Shown in pieces: positions 56,023 to 64,000 of a stretch of DNA of 64,000 nucleotides; position 1 is the stretch's first letter, and the number at the start of each line of letters is the position of its first letter. A program made the position numbers and the translations under genes. The stretch is from an uncultured Nitrososphaerales archaeon (GTDB taxonomy: Archaea > Thermoproteota > Nitrososphaeria > Nitrososphaerales > Nitrososphaeraceae), in contig CAVOHZ010000010.1 of the NCBI GenBank assembly GCA_963695855.1, forward strand, positions 288,001 to 352,000. The letters run 5' to 3'. The notes below the pieces were generated by a model that searched no databases, was not told the origin of the DNA, and saw nothing but the letters and a program-made list of their open reading frames with translations.

Positions 56023-56254
56023 ACAATTGCAATAAAACAGATTAAACGAAATCAAAGAAGTTGTAGACAAATATAATAAAAAAAGAGATGTAAAATATGG
56101 CAGGTGGTAAATTATAAAAAGTAACAAATCACAGGTACTTAACTGAACATTATTCTTTGTTTATGGCTTAATTTATTAATGTCTTAATTTTCCATTCGAT
56201 TAATAACAAAACTCTCAAAAAAAGAATGAAATAATTGAAGAATAAGAAAGTCTA

Positions 56255-56563
56255 TCAATAATTCCTTGAGATCATACAAGCATTTCTTCCTAGAAAAGTA
56301 AGTGAAATCTTATTTTCCATATGAAATTGAATGTACCCTGATTCCTTCTCTAACCACTCAAGAAATTTATTAAAAGATTCTCTTTGAACATTTTTAAACG
56401 ATTTTTTATAAATCTCATCAATATCAAAGATCGGAATATTGCCTGTCTTCATAGAATGATTATCTCGAGAACAAAGTTCTCGCAAAAGTTTATCTTCCAT
56501 CCCTCTAATATCCTTGTATGAATCTTCGAGATTTGTTTCAGTAATATTTTTCATAATATTCAC
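56255..56563 (-). CDS. Hypothetical winged-helix-like protein
   Basis: LEWLEKESGYI...ISLTFLGR. Confidence 0.5.
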   Translation of the reverse strand: MNIMKNITETNLEDSYKDIRGMEDKLLRELCSRDNHSMKTGNIPIFDIDEIYKKSFKNVQRESFNKFLEWLEKESGYIQFHMENKISLTFLGRNACMISRNY

Positions 56564-57068
56564 CTTTCATCTACAGTCCTTCACTTATAGTAGTAGTAAC
56601 AGTTCTTTTTCTACATATCGCTACAAATCTTCCATTCAAGATTTCTTTTATTATATCAGGCATAGAACAAATTCCAATAATTCTTCCGACATTTTCAATA
56701 ACTAGAGGCATGGAAATGCTGTTCTTATCCATTTTTACACATCGAGGGTCTATGGTTTTACATACCTCAAAATAATTAGATATTGCTTAACAAAAATTTT
56801 TAATAATTGTTATTTTGTGAGAATACTAAAACGTCGAATAAATTGAATCCCCGATATATGAACATGAATTCATCGTTTGTACCGAATTTGTCAACATATG
56901 ATAAGTAGTTAGCGGTATATGTTTTACCGTAACGTCCATGCTAGCAACATTCATCAGAAACAAAATATGTACTTATTAGTTCATTTATTAGAAAGATATA
57001 TGGCTTGTCGCACGTGATGTACTCGGCAATGACTGAAATACAGAATCATGAAAATAATAACAATAATT

Positions 57069-57124
57069 AATTGTCTACACATGTAAAGGTGGACAAATTG
57101 TCTACACATGTAAAGGTGGACAAA
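57069..57124. repeat. 27-bp tandem duplication
   Basis: AATTGTCTACACATGTAAAGGTGGACA x2. Confidence 0.85.
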
Positions 57125-57206
57125 AATTTAGATAATTTAAAAAAGAGTCAAATAAACTAAACCCAAGAATTTCTAAAACAGTAAAAAGTAATATTTACAA
57201 TCTATT

Positions 57207-57869
57207 TCATCTATATTTTGACATTATGTCTAACACTTGATTATCAGTTACCTCTGAGAAGTTCTGATAAAACTCTCCTACTGCAAAAAAAATCAATGGC
57301 GTACTTAAAATAATTGTTTTGTCTACTAATTTGGAAATTAAATTTGCAGTATCTCGTGGTGCTACAGGCACTGCCAGAATTATTTGTTTTGGATTTTGAT
57401 TTCGTAGCCATTTTATGGCTGCAAAGGTAGTTGCACCCGTAGCAATTCCATCATCAACTAAAATGATAGTATTATTTTTTAGATCATAACTATCATCTCC
57501 ACGGAATTTGTTCAACCTAGTTTTAATTTCTTTAACTTTACTACTTATTTGTTTTTTTATAAATTCTTGAGAAATATCTAACTTTTCAATTAGGTGTTCG
57601 TTAGGAAAAAAACTTCCATCATAAGTGACTGCACCGATAGCAAGCTCAGTGTTATCTGGTGAACCTATTTTTTTTGAAATAATGATGTCTAATTTTACAT
57701 TTAGAGATGATGCTATAATGTCACCTAGGACTATACCTCCTCTGGGAATTGCAAGAACCGTAATTGGGTAATCATTTTTATCAATAATTTTTTTCAATTC
57801 ATTAACAAGTAGAGCAGCTGCTGCTTCTCGATTTTCGAATCTTATATTGTTTTGACTGATATTTATCAT
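57207..57869 (-). CDS. Phosphoribosyltransferase (type I)
   Basis: FENRE, LAIPRGG, ILVDDGIATGAT, AVGEFY; start placed at MINISQ. Confidence 0.9.
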   Translation of the reverse strand: MINISQNNIRFENREAAAALLVNELKKIIDKNDYPITVLAIPRGGIVLGDIIASSLNVKLDIIISKKIGSPDNTELAIGAVTYDGSFFPNEHLIEKLDISQEFIKKQISSKVKEIKTRLNKFRGDDSYDLKNNTIILVDDGIATGATTFAAIKWLRNQNPKQIILAVPVAPRDTANLISKLVDKTIILSTPLIFFAVGEFYQNFSEVTDNQVLDIMSKYR

Positions 57870-58379
57870 TAGTTTGAAACTCAAATTTAAGCGTAATGTA
57901 TAATATTGATTTAAGGAAAGGTTATCTTCTATCAGGTAAAGAATTGCTTTAATATTCCCTTTCTGCCACTTCATCGTGACAGTATTTACATAAACCACAA
58001 ATTTTACAGGTTTGTGATATTGTATTTCCACATTTGGGACAGACACTTTCAGGATCATGAACAGTCACTTCATTAAATTCATGTTGAGAACGGATCCGCG
58101 TCATATTTTAGTGATTTAGTATGAGTGACACGATATATAACTCTTAAAAAGATTGTTCATTTACGATATCACTCAAAATTTCATATATTAGATCAATTCA
58201 AGATCCAAATTCAATCAAACTTATTTTTATAGAATTTGATTTGAATATGAACTAGCATGAAGGAATAGAGTCATTAAAAGTTCTTATCTTAAAAGAAAGA
58301 CGAGTTAGCAAAAACATTATCAATAATCAAATTTCATAGATATATTAAACTTTTTATCCTTTTATATTAATATTTTTTT

Positions 58380-59912
58380 ATGGACTTGGGTCTAGAGAAG
58401 AAAAGAGAAGAACATCTTCTTGCCGGAGGAAAGGAAAAATTAGAAGATCGTCGAAAAAAAGGAAAATTGACTGCGTTTGATAGAATAAATTCTATTTTTG
58501 ATCACGGTACATTTACAGAGATAGATGCATTTGTAACTCATGAATGCAGTGACTTTGATATGGACAAGAAAAAAATTCTAGGAGATGGCGTAGTTACAGG
58601 CTATGGAATGATTGACGATAGATTGATGTATGTTTTTTCCCAGGATTTTACAACATTTGGTGGATCCTTAGGGTTAGCATATTCAAGAAAGATTTGTAAG
58701 ATAATGGATCTCGCTTTGAAACAAGGTGTCCCTATAATAGGAATAAATGATTCAGGAGGAGCACGAATTCAAGAAGGAGTAGATAGTTTAGCAGGATATG
58801 CAAATATTTTTCACAGAAATGTGAAAGCATCTGGAGTAGTTCCTCAAATCTCAATGATAATGGGTCCTTGTGCTGGTGGTGCGGTCTATTCGCCTGCGAT
58901 TACTGATTTTATTATAATGACGAAATCATCATTCATGTTTATAACGGGACCCGAAGTTGTCAAAGAAGTTACAAATGAGAATGTGACCTTTGAAGAGCTA
59001 GGAGGATCAGGTGTTCATAATGTAAAAAGTGGAGTCGCTCATTTCCTTACAGAGGATGAACAAGATTGTTTCAAGATTTTAAGAACCCTTCTGTCTTTTC
59101 TACCTTCTAATAATCTAGAGAATCCACCTAAAATTGACTCCAAAGACGATCCGTCAAGAAGAGTTGAAGAACTTGATTCAATTCTTCCTTCTAGTTCAAA
59201 TATGCCTTATAATATGGAAACTGTAATCAAAAAAATTGTGGATAACGGGTTTTTCCTAGAGGTGCAAAAACATTGGTCACGCAATATAATAATTGGATTT
59301 GCTCGACTTGACGGAAATCCTGTCGGAATCGTTGCTAACAATCCAGAAGTTTTAGCTGGCGTTCTTGACATTAATTCATGCGATAAAGGAACTCGTTTTG
59401 TACGTTTTTGTGACTGTTTTAATGTTCCTCTGTTAGCTCTAGTAGACGTACCAGGTTTTTTACCAGGAACTGATCAAGAATGGGGAGGAATAATTCGTCA
59501 TGGCTCTAAACTCTTATATGCTTTCTCTGAGGCTACAGTACCCAGATTTACGGTAATTACAAGAAAAGCGTATGGAGGAGCATATTGTGTCATGAATAGT
59601 AAACATATAGGTGCAGATTATAACTTTGCTTGGCCTACAGCTGAGATTGCAGTAATGGGAGCTGAAGGGGCATCTAGTATAATATGGAAGAAGGAAATAG
59701 CAGAATCTCAAAATCCAGTTGATAAAAAATCAGAATTAGTAGAAAAATACAGGATAAAATTTAGTAATCCGTATATAGCTGCTTCAAAAGGATTTTTGGA
59801 TGATGTTATAGAACCAAATGAAACAAGATACAGACTAATATCAGCGTTCAAGGCCATTTATAGAAAAAGGGAGGAAAGATCAAAAAGAAAACATGGCAAC
59901 ATTCCTGTTTAA
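58380..59912 (+). CDS. Acetyl/propionyl-CoA carboxylase, carboxyltransferase subunit
   Basis: GDGVVTG, DSGGARIQEG, GPCAGG, DVPGFLPG, KAYGGA, KHGNIP. Confidence 0.95.
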   Translation: MDLGLEKKREEHLLAGGKEKLEDRRKKGKLTAFDRINSIFDHGTFTEIDAFVTHECSDFDMDKKKILGDGVVTGYGMIDDRLMYVFSQDFTTFGGSLGLAYSRKICKIMDLALKQGVPIIGINDSGGARIQEGVDSLAGYANIFHRNVKASGVVPQISMIMGPCAGGAVYSPAITDFIIMTKSSFMFITGPEVVKEVTNENVTFEELGGSGVHNVKSGVAHFLTEDEQDCFKILRTLLSFLPSNNLENPPKIDSKDDPSRRVEELDSILPSSSNMPYNMETVIKKIVDNGFFLEVQKHWSRNIIIGFARLDGNPVGIVANNPEVLAGVLDINSCDKGTRFVRFCDCFNVPLLALVDVPGFLPGTDQEWGGIIRHGSKLLYAFSEATVPRFTVITRKAYGGAYCVMNSKHIGADYNFAWPTAEIAVMGAEGASSIIWKKEIAESQNPVDKKSELVEKYRIKFSNPYIAASKGFLDDVIEPNETRYRLISAFKAIYRKREERSKRKHGNIPV

Positions 59913-60167
59913 AATTTTATCCTCTAATGATAGTCAAGGGCAGCATAATTCCTTTTCTGTTTTCGTTAATGCTCAATAAAGGAAATAATAGATAGAGATA
60001 AAGAAAAGTGTAAAATAGTAAAATATATGATAAAAAAATGATAAATTATAATAAATATAAATGAAAAAATGCCTCAATTTATCTAAATTCTTTCATCTTT
60101 ATGAAACCACAAAAATGAATTAAACGTTATTAACTGTTTTATATTATTTCTTAAATGTGGTTTCGAC

Positions 60168-61646
60168 ATGGTAAAGATTCTAATAGCAAATAGAGGAGAA
60201 ATTGCTATCAGGATAGCTAAAACTTGCAAAAGAATTGGAATAGAACCATACGGTGTTTTTTCAGATGCAGATAAAGAGTGTTTACATGTAAAATATTGCG
60301 ACGATGCAATCAACATAGGGGGTTTTATGCCCAATGAAAATTATCTTTGCATTGATAAAGTGATTGATGCCGCTAAAAAACTAGACTGCGATATGATTCA
60401 TCCAGGTTATGGATTCCTTTCAGAAAATCATAATTTTGTCAAGGCATGTAAAAAAGAAGGTATAGTTTTCATAGGACCTTCATATGAAGCAATGAGCCTT
60501 TCAGGAGACAAAGTAGAAGCTAGAAAGATTGCATCAAAAGTAGCTGAGACGGTTAAAGGAGAAGAAGTAATGGATGAGGACCAAGCGTCTAAAGTAGCAG
60601 AAAGGATAGGATATCCAGTAATCATTAAAGCAGTAGAGGGAGGAGGTGGCAGAGGTCTAAGAATAGCAGGGTCTCCAGAAGAGTTAGTTAATCTCTTTTT
60701 ATTGTCCAAAAACGAATCAAAAATAAGTTTTGGTTCAGATAGGCTCTATCTCGAAAAATATTTGGCAAATCCGAAGCATATTGAAGTTCAAATACTTGCA
60801 GACTATGATAGCACAGTTCATCTTGGAGAAAGAGAATGTTCTATTCAAAGAAGATATCAAAAACTGATTGAGGAAACGCCCTCCCCTAATTTAACAAAAG
60901 AGACTAGAGAAGAAATGACAGAGACGGCTATAAAGATAATTAAAGAAATTGCATATGATAATGCAGGCACCGTAGAATTTCTTTACAAAGACGGAAGATT
61001 TTATTTTATGGAAATTAATGCTAGAATTCAAGTAGAACACCCCATAACTGAGGAGGTAACAGGAGTAGACATTGTTGAACAACAAATTCGCATAGCTTCT
61101 GGTGATGGACTTACCATAAAGCAAGAGGATATAAACCCCAAAGGACATGCTATAGAATGCAGAATTAACGCTGAAAATCCTATAACTTTTGCTCCTTATC
61201 CAGGCAAAATTGATCAATTTATTCCACCTATAGGAGAAGGTATAAGAGTTGATACTGCATTATATAAAGGATACTCCATTCCTGTGTTCTATGATTCTCT
61301 TATTGCCAAATTAGTATGTCTTGGCCATTGTAGGGATGAGGCAATAGATAGGATGAAAAAATCTCTACTGTCTTTTAGAATATCAGGAATTCCGTCGACC
61401 ATTTCTTTTCACATATCTGCCATGAACGATAACGAATTTTTAAGTGGTAAATATGATACATCATTTATCAACAAAATGAAACCCTTTTCACCAAGAAATG
61501 GTGAAATAGCTGCGGCAATATTCTCATTGCTACCTACGAAACTTCAATTCATAAAAAGTCAACAATTCCGAGATGCTTGGATACAAGGAAAATTGGATTT
61601 GAATGATACGAGTTATTTAAATGATAACTGGAGATGGTCAACCTAA
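60168..61646 (+). CDS. accC: Biotin carboxylase subunit
   Basis: LIANRGEIA, HPGYGFLSEN, GGGGRG, ERECSIQRR, EINARIQVEH. Confidence 0.95.
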   Translation: MVKILIANRGEIAIRIAKTCKRIGIEPYGVFSDADKECLHVKYCDDAINIGGFMPNENYLCIDKVIDAAKKLDCDMIHPGYGFLSENHNFVKACKKEGIVFIGPSYEAMSLSGDKVEARKIASKVAETVKGEEVMDEDQASKVAERIGYPVIIKAVEGGGGRGLRIAGSPEELVNLFLLSKNESKISFGSDRLYLEKYLANPKHIEVQILADYDSTVHLGERECSIQRRYQKLIEETPSPNLTKETREEMTETAIKIIKEIAYDNAGTVEFLYKDGRFYFMEINARIQVEHPITEEVTGVDIVEQQIRIASGDGLTIKQEDINPKGHAIECRINAENPITFAPYPGKIDQFIPPIGEGIRVDTALYKGYSIPVFYDSLIAKLVCLGHCRDEAIDRMKKSLLSFRISGIPSTISFHISAMNDNEFLSGKYDTSFINKMKPFSPRNGEIAAAIFSLLPTKLQFIKSQQFRDAWIQGKLDLNDTSYLNDNWRWST

Positions 61647-62078
61647 TTGAAGATAAAAGTTAATGATAATGAATATGATATCGAAATAGTCGGTGAAAAG
61701 GTTTTAGTCAATAATATTAATTTTGATTTAATAAGATACAGAGATAAAATTACATTAGGTAATGATACATTTTATTTGGACTTTGTAGAAGAAACCGAAC
61801 CTTCGTTAATGATAATTAATGGAGTAAGTTATGTTGTATCGAAAGATTTTTCAGATTACGGGTTGGAAAAGGAAATACGAGCTCCAATAAATGGAAAAAT
61901 CACAGATCTACTTGTTAATATTAATGATCGTATAGAGAAGGATCAAACTATTTTGGTTCTTGAGGCTATGAAAATGGAGAATCAAATAAAATCTCATCTG
62001 AAAGGAGTAATTCAGAAAATATATGTATCCAAGGACCAATTAGTAAAAAAAGGAGATATCCTTGTGAAATTTGAATGA
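61647..62078 (+). CDS. Biotin carboxyl carrier protein
   Basis: EAMKM biotinylation motif; abuts the biotin carboxylase gene. Confidence 0.93.
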   Translation: MKIKVNDNEYDIEIVGEKVLVNNINFDLIRYRDKITLGNDTFYLDFVEETEPSLMIINGVSYVVSKDFSDYGLEKEIRAPINGKITDLLVNINDRIEKDQTILVLEAMKMENQIKSHLKGVIQKIYVSKDQLVKKGDILVKFE

Positions 62079-62362
62079 CGTGGCATTTTTCGACTAAATA
62101 TTTAAGAGATAGATAGATACCTATAGAAATATTTGTTTCCTGAGCGAGCGTATGCAAGAATGACATCAAATAAAGAATTTAATCTATTTCGATTAGCAAT
62201 GCATTACACTAGATACTAGATAGTCATAGTTCCTAGTACTCTAAAAATAATCAAGATGATGTACCAGGAATTTTTTATAAGTTTATAAACATAGTATGTG
62301 TATTAAAATTGTGTTTTTTAATAAAAATTATATTTATTACGTAAAAACTTGATGCAAAGAAT

Positions 62363-63583
62363 ATGACTGAAAAATGTGACTTAAAGTTATTGATGGTGTC
62401 GACGGAATATCCACCAATGAAAGGAGGCGTTGGAAGGTATACACATAGTTTAGTAAATGCAATGAAAGGAATAGGTATCGATACGTACGTTGTATCAGCA
62501 GAAGAAGGTAATGGAGATTACAAAGGGTTATCACCATATAACAAGAATAATTCAGATCTGTTATTAAAGATAGTAAATGAATTACAGCCAGATATAGTAC
62601 ATATTCAGATGGAACATGGATTATACGGACTGAATTTTAGATCACTTTTTCCAGGTAAAATAACTACTTCGTTAGACTCTTTTTATTCAAAATGTCGCAA
62701 ACCAATAGTAACAACTTTTCACTCTGCATATGATTTTCAAGAATGGGTGAATTTAGATCCCAATTTACAAGGAACAGTTTATCTTGAAAAAATAAAATGG
62801 AAAATAAAGAAATTAAGAAATTATTGGATCAGATCAATAAACTATGAGCCATTTAACAATCTGAACGAGCAAATTTTCAAACATAGTAAGGCAGGAATTG
62901 TATTATCCAACCATTTATGCAATTTTATACCAGGATGTAAAGTTATTTATCATGGCTCTGAACCAGCGATTCCTCAAAAGATAACAAAACAGTTTGCTAG
63001 AAAAAAATTACATCTTCCAGATAATGGGAGAATAGCACTTTCTTTAGGCTTTTTTACCTTCACTAAGGGGTGGGATATTATTAATAAAATAGATATTCCT
63101 AAAAATTGGACGATAGTTCTAAATCATTCAAGAAATCATTTTAGTAACCAGGAATACAACTTAGATTTCAATGAAAGTAGGCATAGAGACAGAATAATGA
63201 ATTTGAATAAGGATTATCTATCAGAGGAAGAGATGTCATTATTACTTTACGCTTCAGATATTGTATTTTTGCCATATAGAGTTAGTTCTGGTTCAGGAGT
63301 AATGTTTGATGGATTTGGACATGATTTGCCATTCCTTGCTTCTAGTCTAGGTTTCTTTAAAGAATTTGAAGACTTACATCTAGGTATGACAAGAGAAGGA
63401 AAACCGGAGGAATTTACAAAGGGACTAGAAGTCATTGACAGGAATTATGATATGTATGTATCAAATGTTATAAGGTTTAAAGAAAAACTAAAATGGTGTG
63501 ATATTGCAACGCAACATGTAAATATTTATAAAAGCTGTGTTGAAAAAACAAAAAATGTCAATAAGGAAATACCAATAAACTAA
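62363..63583 (+). CDS. GT4-family glycosyltransferase
   Basis: STEYPPMKGGVGRYT, TTFH, IYHG, FLPY..SSGSG. Confidence 0.88.
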   Translation: MTEKCDLKLLMVSTEYPPMKGGVGRYTHSLVNAMKGIGIDTYVVSAEEGNGDYKGLSPYNKNNSDLLLKIVNELQPDIVHIQMEHGLYGLNFRSLFPGKITTSLDSFYSKCRKPIVTTFHSAYDFQEWVNLDPNLQGTVYLEKIKWKIKKLRNYWIRSINYEPFNNLNEQIFKHSKAGIVLSNHLCNFIPGCKVIYHGSEPAIPQKITKQFARKKLHLPDNGRIALSLGFFTFTKGWDIINKIDIPKNWTIVLNHSRNHFSNQEYNLDFNESRHRDRIMNLNKDYLSEEEMSLLLYASDIVFLPYRVSSGSGVMFDGFGHDLPFLASSLGFFKEFEDLHLGMTREGKPEEFTKGLEVIDRNYDMYVSNVIRFKEKLKWCDIATQHVNIYKSCVEKTKNVNKEIPIN

Positions 63584-64000
63584 AGAATCGTTATGATTTG
63601 AGATACTGAATATACCAATGATCCGAAATATCGGCTAAAATAGGAATAATTAATAGTTTTATCTTTTTAATATAATTATTTCAGTGAATTTTTTTTGTAT
63701 TCTCAAAAACTATCCAAATAAAGAAAAAAAATATATGATAAGGAAATAATATAATTTCAAAAAATACTATACAATTTAGGAAGAATTTTTAATGTTAAAA
63801 ATGTATATCAATTAAACTAAATCCTTATTTTCAGTGTAATGCACAACAAACAAAAGCCTTTTAAGTTACTATATAATCTCTACTATTAGAAAATTGTGCA
63901 AAACAGAAAACATGATCCTAAATATAAGGTCGGTTAGGAATTCAATATGCACACATCCACATTACTATATACGATCTGGAAATTATACTTGGATTATACC

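Noticed and set aside
56570-57040. Possible CBS-domain pseudogene fragments on the minus strand
   Set aside because: Too degraded to define boundaries or support a call.
57870-58058. N-terminal extension of the PRTase ORF
   Set aside because: No motif content; family similarity starts near FENRE, so the start was placed at 57869.

Overview
Low-GC, gene-sparse archaeal chromosome segment, most consistent with a soil ammonia-oxidising archaeon of the Nitrososphaeraceae. This is inferred from the NirK-like multicopper protein, the DPS-like protein, the cupredoxin, the acetyl/propionyl-CoA carboxylase trio and typical secreted-protein families. Layout: (i) 1-3.3 kb is a nested IS structure, in which two identical IS110-family elements sit in inverted orientation, one inside each terminal inverted repeat of a single IS5 (IS903-like) element. 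The IS110 leader folds into a two-loop bridge-RNA-like structure whose loops match both the IS5 end (target) and the IS110 end junction (donor); this is the main finding. (ii) 4.6-8.4 kb is an arsenic cluster (HxlR, arsM, arsC, aquaporin) with an unannotated Cys-rich micro-protein. (iii) 11-30 kb holds stress, redox and metabolic genes (GpgS-like glycosyltransferase, CBS-HPF protein, AMP phosphorylase, VIT1, rhodanese-MBL, cupredoxin, NirK-like, DPSL, repeat-rich surface protein). (iv) 30.5-49 kb is a decayed integrated-element zone (truncated tyrosine integrase, terminase-like and ParB-like remnants, iteron-like arrays, IS630s, a multicopy secreted-protein cassette). (v) 49.6-63.6 kb carries a cyclase-receiver fusion, a P-type ATPase, a PRTase, a biotin-dependent carboxylase and a GT4. 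All calls come from reading motifs by eye; no searches or folding programs were run.
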